Source: Octopus vulgaris
Lineage: Eukaryota
NCBI GenBank assembly: GCA_951406725.2
Contig: OX597814.1
Location: 13,144,001-13,208,000, forward strand
Direction of reading: 5' to 3'
Length of the DNA stretch: 64,000 nucleotides
Of the stretch, positions 15,291-30,158 are shown piece by piece (position 1 is the first letter of the stretch; each line of letters starts with the position of its first letter). Position numbers and translations under genes: made by a program. Below the pieces are notes generated by a model. That model was given only the letters and a program-made list of their open reading frames with translations. It searched no databases and had not been told where the DNA came from.

Positions 15291-16393
15291 TATAGAATTT
15301 AACAGAAATTTGACTTGTATGATATTGTTTAAATATGCTGTACAGATCCAGTTGTGAAGCGTCTGAAACTAAAATAGAAACAGTTGTGATAACGCTTCGG
15401 TCTTTGCATATACTATTGCAAAGGAAAGCGTTATCTCATGAAGTCTTTCAGGAAAAGAACAGCCATTGGATTGTCATGAGTGAAAGTATTGATTCTCAGT
15501 GGGTTAAGAAATGCTAGTATCTGTTTGATTTGATTCTTTCATAGAATGAAATAATACATTTCAGGTACACTGAGTGAATCGATAGGAAATAACTGAAGAA
15601 CGAGAAAGTTATTCATCTCACAACACCTGTCAGTTTGTAAACTTATTTTGTAAACTTTTGTATTTATAGAAGTTTTGCAGCTATTTCCAATTCTGTTAAT
15701 GAAACAAAATCGCTTTCAGGTTATCGACAATCTGTTTTAGTGGCTATTAAGCTACATATCGAATCAATATGCTTTGAGATATGAGGATGTGTCTTGAGGA
15801 GAAATTCACTAGTACTTCAGTTAGACCAGCGAGTCTCTCACTACGGCTAATTTGAAAAATAGCATTTCCCTGAGTGCTACGTAGAAAACAAACGGGGCAA
15901 ATGGTATAATTAAGTCTCCGAAAGTGATTATAATCACATACGTGCATTCACATGCACACACACACACGTGCACACACCCACGCGGACGTACACATACACA
16001 CGCCCACCTCCCGGGCAAACATATTGACCCCCCCCCCACATATATATATATATATATATATATATGCACGTACATACAGGTGGTGTGATTGTGTGTGTGT
16101 ATTTGCATGTCTGTGTGCATCAGTTCGTATTATATGTACATATGTCTGCCAGTATCAACGTATGTGTTCGTACTATATGTCATAATAGCTGTTTTGCAAA
16201 ACTAATTGATATATAAAACTAATTACATCTTTAAGGGCATGTATGGTTAGGTGTTCGCTTCGAAACCACATGGTTCCGATCTGAATGGCGCCTTAGACAT
16301 ATGTCGTGTATTATAGCTGTAATATATATAGGATTTATTATAGGCAGAACTGTGAGAGGAAATTTGATAGACGGTAACTGAGAGAAACCTGTC

Positions 16394-16429
<36 letters not shown>

Positions 16430-16494
16430 TGTGTTATGAAAATTTCTGGAAAGGTACCCGAAGAAACTCAACAAATTTGTTAAACATGGACAAG

Positions 16495-17055
16495 ACAGGT
16501 TAAAATTTGAAAGAATTTTAATACATGCATACGATCGTTTCAAACAATGATATTAACATGTAAATGCATGGTAGCATAATTCAAATTAATTTGATTAAAT
16601 TAAATTAATTACCTATCACTGTTCTCCTGAATGCAAGGAGTGTACAACAAAAATTATTATTATTACAGAAGACTTGATGAAGGAAGTGTCAGATAACAAA
16701 TTCGGATATACATATTTATTCGTATGAAAAATTGAGAGCATTCTAATGAATATGAGTCTAGTTGGGTATAAATTAAGTTTATACATAACTAGACTCACAT
16801 TCTTTATTACGCTCTCAATTTTTTCAAAGGATAAAATATGTATATCCGAATTTGTTATCTGCTATTTCCTTCATCAAATCTTCTGTAATCATAATAATTT
16901 TTATTCTATACTTCCTGCACTGAGGAGTACTGTGATAAGTAATTAATTAAATTTAATCAAATTAATTTCAATTATACTACTATGTATTTATATGTTAATA
17001 TCGCGGGTTGAAACGGTTGTATGAATGTATTAAATGTCTTTTAAATTTTAACTTC
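16495..17055. repeat. ~560-bp imperfect palindrome (fold-back element)
   Basis: Arms mirror around ~16773 (GAGTCTAGTT/AACTAGACTC; CAGATAACAAATTCGGATATACAT/ATGTATATCCGAATTTGTTATCTG). Confidence 0.9.
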
Positions 17056-18321
17056 CCTTGGTTAAATAATATCTCGACCACAAAACACATAATGATTTAA
17101 ATGCTAAACATTCATAGTAATCATCATAAAATTTTATAGAAAATACGTTAAAACAAACCCTAAACTTACGGAGGATACCAAAACATAAAAATAAGAAAAA
17201 ATGAAGTTATAGTGGAAAAATCAAAATATAGCGGCTAAATAATATCGGACATTAAAAATCATACAGAAATTCAAATACATTACGTGGAAAACAACATTGT
17301 AGTTGCTTATACTTCCAATAAGGGAATAGGACGAAAACTAGGAATCGAAAAATGTAGGACAATAAATTCAAGTTGTAAAAGTATAGTAAAATGTATATAG
17401 AATATTAAAGAAATATAATAAGAACATATAATAAATGTGATAAAGAATAGACATTAAAGCTATAAAATATATTATAGAAATAAAAAAATCGAAAACATAA
17501 TATAAAAGAGAATATTGAGGAGAGAAAATAAAGAATGAACCAAAAATAAATACAAAATGGAAGCATGAAAAAAATTAGCGATGATAAAGAAAAAGAAACA
17601 ATGAAGAAGAACAGAAATACAACAGAAAATATTTAACGAATATATAACAAGCATTGAACATAAATAAAAATAAAGACAATTGAGGATAAAAATACAAACA
17701 ATAAAATAACAAAATATACCTGTAATTTTGCTGTCTGAGCATGATAAAACGGTGTCAAGCAACTTACGGAGAAATCAAGGCCTATAAAAATAAAATTAAT
17801 GAGATTAACTATAAAGTAGCTTCAACCGCAATAAATTTATTATGCAGATATAAATGCTTCAGTTTTCCACTAGGGAGTTTAAATCTCTAGTGGCCTTTTG
17901 ATATGCATTAAAGATTCTTAGTGACATACATACCACTTGACACATACGCAGATGTACCTAATAAAGTAAAATTAACATTAACAGCTATTACATTGGGAAT
18001 CACAATAAAAATTATAATGATGAAAGTAATAACAATGATGATTTCACATTTCTGCCAGTAATTTCAGAGAGAGGGATGACGGTGGATAGAATATATTCCA
18101 TTATTTGATTATCACTTTATTTTATCGAACCCTAAGGAACGAAAGGTAAAGTTGATCGCATCAGGTATTGAATTCAAATAGTAAAGAGCTCAAAGAATTG
18201 CCACTAAATATTTTGCTCGATATACATCACTTTTTGCCATCTCGTCCCAAAAATACCCACGTTATTTTGCAGGTTGGGCTAAAACATTCGACATATATTT
18301 ATCATTATTATTATTATCATT

Positions 18322-18369
<48 letters not shown>

Positions 18370-18630
18370 ATTATTATTATTATTATCATTATTATTATTA
18401 TTATCATTTTTATTATTATCACAATCGTTTTGGGAGCTCCTGGAGTCTTGCAGAAAGGACAAGTGTGGGTACCCTTGACGGGGCGAACATACGATGTTGA
18501 ATGGTTCCAATAGGTGAATTTTCACCCGGACCACCCGGGAGATGACGCTGTATATGACAGCGATCTAACTGCGGAGAACCGGGCCGAAACCGGTGCCGTG
18601 AAACAAGCACCAGATATTTAGGGTCGAAAA

Positions 18631-18730
18631 NNNNNNNNNNNNNNNNNNNNNNNNNNNNNNNNNNNNNNNNNNNNNNNNNNNNNNNNNNNNNNNNNNNNNN
18701 NNNNNNNNNNNNNNNNNNNNNNNNNNNNNN
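18631..18730. other. Assembly gap (100 N)
   Basis: Run of n. Confidence 1.
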
Positions 18731-19415
18731 AAAATATTTCGAAAATTTCAAACGAAAATTTTAACTGAAAATTTTACCCAAAAATTTTTCCAAAATTTTC
18801 ACCGAAAATTTTAACCAAAGATTTTTTGAAAATTTTTACCGGAAATTTTAACCAATAGTTTTCAAAGATTTTTTCCACGAATTTTTGGAAAATTTTTGCC
18901 AAAAATTTTTCGCAAATTTTGGCCGAAAATTTTACCCAAAAATTTTTCCAAAATTTTCACCAAAAATTTTACCCAAAAACTTTTTCAAATTTTCACCGAA
19001 AATTTTCCACAAAAATTTTCCACAAAGACCTTTCGAAAATTTTCACCGAAAATATTAACAAAAAATTTTTTGAAAATGTTCACCGAAAATTTTACCCAAA
19101 ATTTTCACCGAAAATTTTACCCCAAAAATTTTCTAAAAATTTTACCTAAAATTTTTGCGAAAATTTTCACCGAAAATTTTACCCAAATAATTTTCGAAAA
19201 TTTTTGGCGAAAATTTTACCCAAAAATTTTCATCAACAATTTTTCGAAAATTTTGACCAAAAATTATATCCAAAAATTTTTACAAAAGTTTCACCAAAAA
19301 TTTTTCGATTATTTATACCGAATAATTTAAACAAAAATTTTCAGAAAATTTTACCCAAAATATTTCTTAAATTTTTACCAATTTTTAGAAAATTTTCACT
19401 AAAAATTTTTTGAAA
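18731..19415. repeat. AAAATTTT-based satellite (12-13-bp subunits, ~37-bp higher-order unit)
   Basis: Repeated AAAATTTTCACCG-AAAATTTTACCC-AAAAATTTTTCG; further copies at 19648-19700 and 19870-19940. Confidence 0.9.
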
Positions 19416-19455
19416 AATTTCCCCAGAAACTTCTCATGGAAAAAATTTCCAGAAA

Positions 19456-19647
19456 GTATGGATAGCCTGTGGTGCCAAAATCACAATGTATGGAAGGCCT
19501 GCGGTGCCGAAATCACAAAGTATGAAAGGCCAGCGGTGCCAAAATCACAAAGTATGGAAGGCCAGCGGTGCCAAAATCACAAAGTATGGAAAGCCAGCGG
19601 TGACAAAGTCAAAAAGTATGGAAAGCCAGCGGTGCCAAAATCACCGA
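19456..19647 (+). repeat. 32-bp minisatellite, 6 copies
   Basis: GTATGGAAGGCCAGCGGTGCCAAAATCACAAA repeated head-to-tail without spacers. Confidence 0.95.
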
Positions 19648-20631
19648 AAATTTTACCGAAACATTTTTCGAAAATTTTCACTGATAATTTACCCCCAAAT
19701 TAGATCTTTATCTGGCTGCTTTCTGTTATATATAGAGTGAATTCTGGTTTACTACTACAGTCAAGGTGCCTTACCATCGACGATACACCAGATTCTGCTT
19801 TACACTTAACAACTATAACGATGTTGACATTTATAGACTCCAGCATCTGGAACATATTCGTTATATGGTTTTTCGAAACTTTTCACCGAAATTTATAACC
19901 AAAAATTTTTCGAAAATTTTCACCGAAAATTTTACCCAATTTAATCTATCTTTGTCACTATATATGCAGATATTGATACAAATGAACATGCGTGAACTTG
20001 GGAATATACATGCCTACATATACACATGTAAATATATATATAGGGGTATATAAAGAGAAATAAAGAATGAATATATTCAGATGATACGCACAATTGTATA
20101 TTTATATAGATATTTATATATCTTACAGATCAAATTTGCCTAAAGTACATGAAATACAGTCAATTAAGAGAATAGACCATGGTATATCATATCCGACAAC
20201 AGTTTTGCTGGGTTCGGAATAACGTTAGAATTGTCATATTGGAGATGGATTGCAAAAAGTCAAGGAAATGCAGCCAGTTGAGGATGAATATGAAACAGTA
20301 CCAAGAACATGGTCTCCGTCTTCATAGTGGAAAGATTGGCAATTAGGATTTAAAAAATCCCAAACTCCATCTGCCTTCACTACAACTTTCACATAATATT
20401 ACATAGGTATTTATTCTTTTTCCTATTACTTCTTTCAGGCAGCCGACTGAGGCTATGCCGAGTTACCATCTTGAAGAGTTGCAGTCAAACAAAACACCAC
20501 CAGGACATATTTCTTAAGCTTACTACTTATATCACATTGTTTTTGCCGAACTGCTATTGTTACAGGGACGTAAACACACCTACACCTTTTGTCAAACGGT
20601 GATGAGGAGACAAACACATGTACATATATGT

Positions 20632-20691
<60 letters not shown>

Positions 20692-20954
20692 TGCATCACT
20701 TCATCCATATCAGCTCATCTGGATCTCTCTTATGATGATTCCTTATTGCACAAATTTTATGTTCCACAAAATCTTCAAATCATTTCAGCATTACTACTTC
20801 TCGGAATGTTACTTATTGACTATATATACATATAAAGAAACGCACACAAACACGCACACATATATAAGTACACCCACACATACACATATATTTATGTGTG
20901 TGTATATATATATATCTATATATATATATATAAAGACATACACTCATACACACA

Positions 20955-20987
<33 letters not shown>

Positions 20988-20989
<2 letters not shown>

Positions 20990-21810
20990 GTATGTAATCA
21001 AAAAGTATCCGACTTTTGGCGAGAGGAATAATATTCAAAAACCCACAATTCTCATTTATTCTCCTTCAAAGTATTTTGGGGAGTGTACACACTTATGTTA
21101 GCTTTTCTGCCACTGCTGCAGATATTTCTGGAAATCACTTTTTGGGATGCTGTATAACTGTGGCGTCGAAGTTTGCTTCATGCTCTCTGTTGAATCAAAT
21201 CCTCTTCCTTTGATTGTTTTTTGAGCTTTGGGAGAAACCAAAAGTCACACGGAGCCAAGTCTGGGTAGTATGAAGGCTAACGAACAAGTGGTGTGTTTTG
21301 ATTCTCGAGGAATGCTTGAATGAGCGGGTGCGTTGTCATGAAAGATTTGTTACTTCTTTCATGCTTACAGGTGGAGTCGTTCTCGCCGCATAGCTTCACA
21401 AGACGACATAAAACTCCCTGGTATTATTCCTTTATAATTGTCTGGCCACAACTTAGCTCACTATCCACTGACGTGCTGCCATTTTAAACCGGTTGTACCA
21501 GTCCTTTATTTGCGTTTTCCCCATAGCATCTAAATTTTCTCGATAGTCTCGGCTTGCGTATCACCAATATTTTGGCAGAATTTGATAAAATATCTTTGTT
21601 CAATGCGTTCGGCCATCTTGATTGAAAAAGATAAATCGGACAACACTCTTTTCGTCTGTGCTCAACGCGTCTCTACGGACGAATGGCGCAATCCACAGAC
21701 AAGAAAACTTTTGTGCATGCTCAAAAAGGAGGGCCATCTAATAATCATGCGGAATTTGCTCACGCTTTATAATTTTGGGCAAAAAATCATGGTGGGGTAC
21801 TTTTTGGTAC
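20988..21810 (-). mobile_element. Internally deleted mariner element
   Basis: Minus strand PDLAPCDFW..PKLK..KGRGFDS..FQKYLQQWQK..KCV..YFEGE; degenerate TIR-like ends (TCAAAAAGTATCC / GGTACTTTTTGG). Confidence 0.8.
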
Positions 21811-22219
21811 TGGTTCGCTCAAAAGTTCGTCCTCAGTTTATGTTTTAAAGTGATTAGCTTTACTTCAAGAGCTCGGTGTTAAGAGTTGCCATAAAATTTC
21901 ATTAATTTTTGTTAACGTAGAGTTAAACACATTTTTCTCTTTACATTTTACTATTGTAGTTAACAATCAAATATGGTTGTTTATGTTTAGCATTTTCGTA
22001 ACTTTGTTCTCTGTGGATTTCTCCAAGGTGGTTTTAAAGAGTAATAGAGGCTATGTGTATAAGAGTATGAATATTCCAGTAATTAACACCACATAATTCC
22101 ATGTGCTCTCCAGCAACGTTGTTGATAATCTTAAACATGAAATCGGTCGGTTTGTTTCTCATGTATGTATATATGTATCTATCTGTCTATCTGTGTGTGT
22201 GTGTGTGAGTGAATATGTA

Positions 22220-22371
22220 GATGCATGGTAAGACGCTTTCTTCGCTACCACATGGTTCCGGGTTCAGTCCGACTCTGTGGCATCTTGTGCAAGTGCCTTC
22301 TACTATAGCCTTGGATCGACTTGTGATTTGGTTTGGTAGACGGAAACTCTAAGGAATCCGCGGCCTTCGGG

Positions 22372-22375
<4 letters not shown>
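22220..22375 (+). mobile_element. Truncated SINE family 1 copy
   Basis: CCACATGGTTCCGGGTTCAGTCC..GTGGCATCTTG..TTTGGTAGACGGAAACT. Confidence 0.75.
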
Positions 22376-22434
<59 letters not shown>

Positions 22435-22438
<4 letters not shown>

Positions 22439-24430
22439 AAAAAGGAGATGTGGAACACGAGTTGTGATATATAAAAAAAGGAAATGAAGAAAATGCTGAC
22501 AAAATAATTTAAGTAAGGGAGAGTGTATTTAATTAGGTGAAAGTTCTTTTTTTAAACAAAAAAAGAGAAAAATTGGGTTAGAATACAATGTTCATTTTTT
22601 GTGAATGATTTCAGTGTATAAGAAAAAGTAAGAGTCTTTTACAGTGTTCTGTTTCAGAATAAGATATTTAATAAAAGCGTGTAATATACAGTTTTTTGAG
22701 GAAAAGTTCAATGTCAGATTTCAGTGTAGAAGAAAAAAAAGTAAGAGTTTACCGGTTGCGCATTTGTTATGCTTATCAAAAGATATTTTGAGTGAGATAG
22801 AGTTCCTTTCTGATTGATTTTTTTCTCTTATCTGACTTTATGTTGGGTTTGCTGTCTCTTATATGTGAAAAAAAAAGGCTGCAGAGTTGTTTAAGATTTG
22901 CTTGGTTTCGCGCCTAAAATTTCTTGTGGACAATGGTCAATACAATTTTGATTGGTCATTATAAAGGGGTCACGTGAATGTTTGAATGGAAGTTGGTGTT
23001 GGGGTAAGAAAATAGGCTCCAGAGATGTTAAAATGTGGCTGGTATCGCGCCTAAAATTTCTTATTGGTCATAATAAAGAGGTCACGTGAATGTGGCCATA
23101 ATAGAGAGGTCACGTGAATGTTTAGAATGAATGTTGGTGCAGGTGGTGTATGGAGTTTTCGAAAATAGCGTTGTTGAAAATTCTTATTGTTCAGGCTGGT
23201 CAGTAGACGTCATGTGGATATTTTGAATAGCTTTTTAGCGCGTAGTTAAGTATTTTCCGCTTGAATTTATTTTAGAAGGACTCAAATTCATCTTAGAGAA
23301 TAATTTCTTCACCTTCAACAACAAATTCTACAGACAGAAATCAGGGACGGCAATGGGGACGAAAACAGCTCCCACTTACGCCAACCTAGTCATGGGATAC
23401 CTGGAAATCACCCTCTATAATAACGTTCTTAACCAATTTGGCACCACTCTCCACACACACATAGAGAAGAACTGGAAGAGATATCTTGATGACTGCTTCA
23501 TCCTTTGGCCCGAAACCATCGAGAAGCTTAAATAATTTCACACCCCTATAAATGGGCTCAACACAAACATTATTTTCACAATGGAATACAGCCCTCAACA
23601 AATTCCCTTCCTCGACATCCTCAATAAAATTCACAACAAAAAAATAGAAACAGACATATACTACAAGCCCACAGACTCCAAGCAATACCTCCTTTCAATT
23701 CATGCCACCCTAGACACGTTAAAATTAACATTCCCTACAACTTAGCCAAGAGAATTTGCACTATAGTCTCCAATAAAAACACCCGTCTCTTACATCTACA
23801 AGAACTTAAGGACACATTAACAAGCAGGGATTACCCCACGTCACTAATTGACAATGGGATCCAACGCGCCCTAAAACTCAGCACACAGGAACTTAGACGC
23901 CCTAAACCTGTTACATCGAAACCCCATACTCTACCATACATCTCTACACACAACCCCCTCAACAATGAAGCTTTTGACACCATCCTCCAGAACATTCCTG
24001 TATTAAAAAAGGACCATAGAATGAACCAAATCCTCCTAACACGCGAAATCATAAAGAGCAAAAGGCAACTAAAATCATTGAAAACCATCCTAACAAATGC
24101 CAAAGTACTGCCAACCACAACAACTAAACCCACAGTAAACAAATGCAATAGACCCAACTGTGGTATATGCATCAACCTAATAGAAGGTCCGGAATTCCTT
24201 TTTAAACAAGGACAACGTTTCACAGTAAAACACAACTTCACATGCGCATCAGAAAACCTAGTATATGTCTTAACTTGCTCGGGCTGTAATGAACACTACA
24301 TAGGCAAAACTAAAAATAGCCTCCGCCAACGCATGACTGTCCATAGATCCCAAATAAAAATACAGGAATACAGAAAAATAGCACTTAGTGCACATATTGA
24401 CATATGTGTGAGTATGTATGCAACCTTCAA
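22435..24430 (+). mobile_element. Penelope-like element (Neptune-type): inverted pLTR-like segment plus 5'-truncated RT and GIY-YIG ORF remnants (~23270-24430)
   Basis: SGTAMGTKTAPTYANL, WKRYLDDCF, IPFLD, CNRPNCGIC linker, NLVYVLTC..HYIGKT..LRQRMTVH; stop and frameshifts; reverse-oriented HHR-like motif at 22748-22782. Confidence 0.9.
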
Positions 24431-25310
24431 CAAAGTAACTGTCATGTACACAACTTGGACGGACACATGCCAGTACACGGACATACGTTCACATACACAT
24501 ACACACATACACACTCTCACAGACACATCTGCCCATTCTCCTAGACACTCACATACATACGTAGCACATGAGTACAAACATACAAACATACCTACGTATG
24601 GGCATACACACGTACATACGCACGTACATGTCCGCACACACATACATGGGCACATGCATACGTGCGCGTATACATACGCACATGCGTACGTATGTACATA
24701 CACACATACATACATACATACATACATACATACATACATACATACATACGCAAATACATACATACATACGCACAATAGTAAAACAAAAGTTCTGTGATAT
24801 AGAGATAAATATCTGATAATAGGTTTTAGGGTGTAGTTTTGGGAGTGAGGGTCGTAAATAACTACCTGGTTTCGGCGGGGGAAGTTGAAATTTGATATTA
24901 TTGTGATGAGTGGTCACTCTACATCTATCCACAGGTTTATAGCTTCATGTTTATAGTGTGTATGTGCGTGCATATACACACACATACATATATACATACA
25001 TACATACATACATACATACATACACAGGCGTATGTACGTACATGCATACATACATACATACATACATACATACATACATACATACATACATACATGCATA
25101 CATGTTTGTATGCATACATACACACATACATACGTACATATATATGACGAACTAACTGTTACTTTCTCAGATGCAGCATGGATTTTTGTCAGTGAACAGG
25201 TCGCGGATTTTAGCGACGAAAATATTTTGACAAATTAAACTTAAATGTTGAAGTGAATCGAACGGCTTTTGTGTGTCTCTTAAATGGTTTACAAACACCT
25301 TCCACGCTGC

Positions 25311-25428
<118 letters not shown>

Positions 25429-25440
25429 TATATATATATG

Positions 25441-25471
<31 letters not shown>

Positions 25472-25475
25472 GTAT

Positions 25476-26062
25476 CCTTAAATCCTTAAATCCTTAAAAA
25501 TGTTTTAGCCCGAAGGCCGCGGCCATGCTGGGGCACCACCGCTGAATGAGCTACACTAATTTGTGCATCCACCTCTGATACGTGGTACTTGATCAACAAG
25601 GGAGTTCGATGCTGCTGCCCGCATCCGCGTCTCCTGTCGTGAGGTAGGTTCATCTGGGACTCCCAACAAGAAGAGATCCAGTTTAGTTTTAAAGAAACCC
25701 ACATCCACACCATGTAAGTCTCTCAGGCATTTAGGGAGGATGTTAAAGAGCTGTGGTCCTCTGAAACCCAAGCTGTTGCAGTATCTGGACCTGTATTTTG
25801 ATGGTGATGTTGGAATCCTTGGCACCATGCAGTGGCGCCACGTTCTGCGGTTGGAGTAACTTTGAATGCCAAAGTTTGGGACAAGACCCTCCAGGATTTT
25901 CCAGATGTATATCACCGCATATCTCTCCCGCCTCCGCTCTAGGGAGAAGAGGTTTAATACCTTCAGTCTTTCCCAGTAGCTGATATTTTGCATTGAGACG
26001 ATTTTCTTTGTGTAGCTTCTCTGAATTGCTTCGATTTCTGGTGTTAGTTTTATATTGTGTGG
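25476..26062 (-). mobile_element. CR1-clade LINE 3' end with (TTTAAGGA)n tail
   Basis: SYWERLKVLNLFSLERRRERY..GPQLFNILP..FKTKLDLFL..VPDEP; 8-bp tandem tail at 25476-25500. Confidence 0.9.
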
Positions 26063-26199
26063 TATATATATATATAGATAGATAGATAGATAGGTTATAT
26101 TTTGTGTTTCATGTATTTTTATTTAATCCTGAAAATATCTATATATGTATGTATTTAAATTGCAGACGGATTGTACCTATTGCCAGCGAGACCTGTACA

Positions 26200-28170
<1,971 letters not shown>

Positions 28171-28629
28171 ATGTACTGAGCGATTATCGAGAGAAATATA
28201 CTAAATATAAAAATTAATATTAGAATATTACACACGAATAAACATACTCACATATGTAAATAAGTTTCTATGTCTATAAACAAAGTTTATAGGCAGATAT
28301 AAATATACATTTATTGATATTAACAAGTATATATGTATGTATCTATGTGAATATATATATATATATATTAACATATGTGTGTGTGTGAATTTTTCATACT
28401 TACTGTGCAAATGTGATACAGTTCCACTGATACGTAGGATTTCAAAGAATAATCTGAAAGGGCTAATGAAAAATATTACTACATGTAGATGAGTACAGTG
28501 AAGATAACCTCATGAGAGAAGTATAGACATATTACAAATATATTAGTTCCATAACCATGTAAATAAAATGTAGTTTCAGGAGAGATATTACAGAAAATTG
28601 AATATTTTATTTTTATATGTATATTAAGC

Positions 28630-28687
<58 letters not shown>

Positions 28688-29059
28688 ACTATGCATATTA
28701 ATGTTTATATATTAACGTATATATTTAAACGCATATCAGACGTACATAAACTTACAAGTATTCAAGGATATAGATTTATTCATGTGCATATTATATTCAA
28801 ATTTTAGATCCGTATTATTCTCTGCAAAAATGTATGCCGCTATATGTTTAGCACATGTATATGAATAGGTGTGTACGTACGCATATATGTATACTTACAT
28901 ACCCGTACATATATATTTATATGTACATACATACAAACATACATACATACATACACATTGTAAAGGACGCAGAATGAGAGCGAAATATATATACACAGAT
29001 AGATATAGTATTTTCATATGTGTGTAGTTCTGTAGGCATACATTTCTCTGTGTCTCTCT

Positions 29060-29103
<44 letters not shown>

Positions 29104-29661
29104 AATTGGACATGGGTGATCGTTGTATTCTTTCTTGTCTTGAGGTTCACAGCCAAACGACTGGGTGGATTCGCGTGAAAAATGGCACACATGTAGAGAC
29201 TCGAGCATAGATTAGATTGCGGGTTGTATTTTTCCACAGCCCCCATAATGACCGAGAAAATCGATTAAAAACATTCTAATGGAATGTTCCGCCCGTAAAC
29301 CAACCAGTTGCTCACACAGCCAGCATATACCATTTCGCTAGCAACAAGGGAGTACTGGATGACAATCAGCCAAAACTTTCGCTATGTTGTCTCACTTTGT
29401 GGGGTAAATAATCTTAAACTTTTAGTTACAGTTTCTCATTCAAACTACATAGTAGGCAGAATTGTTGGATTAAGATATTAGGGTGTTTTGAGGGAGATTT
29501 GGCTGCTATTTCTACCAGGTCTATCTATCTTGTAGAGGTCTGAACGCAATTGTCTTTCATATATTTGCATTTTCAAAAATTTAACATAATCTTTTCCATA
29601 AATCAACTAACGTAATCATACACACGTGCAAGCATGCCCACTTGCACACACACACACACAT

Positions 29662-29709
<48 letters not shown>

Positions 29710-30117
29710 ACACACACACACACACAGACACGGTCACGCCCATTTCATATATCTACTTTCAAGTTCAGCTCTGTGTAAATAAAATATTTACGGATACAAC
29801 TGCTTACAAAATTAGGGATTAATGTATAAGTTATTTCTATGTTCATAATTAAATCAATGTTTTAATGATTAAACAGAGGTCCAATAGAATAGCTCTCAGA
29901 ATCAGACAATGTACAAATTCGTTCTTCACAACTCCTGAAGCTGTTTTCTGACTAGGGCGGGGAAGAGTCAAACAATTTTCATACAGCTGGAGGCTCCAAT
30001 CGAAATAGGGGACCTGAAATGATAAGGTTGAGAAACGGTGTTGTAGATTATGCCTAACCCAATACGATCACAACCTCATCAACCAAACAGACCGGGGGAA
30101 ACCGGGCTTAGATGGTA

Positions 30118-30129
<12 letters not shown>

Positions 30130-30158
<29 letters not shown>

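Noticed and set aside
18530-18600. HHR-like string GAGATGA..GAAACCGGTG next to the gap
   Set aside because: Two core mismatches, GUG is not a cleavable NUH triplet, and stem II is not closed properly
18896-19413. K/F/N-rich repetitive ORFs
   Set aside because: Translation of the A4T4 satellite
19456-19647. 32-bp repeats resembling a CRISPR array
   Set aside because: No spacers, no cas genes, eukaryotic context
30020-30042. hAT-like TIR (AAGGTTGAGAAACGGTG)
   Set aside because: No partner TIR or 8-bp TSD found
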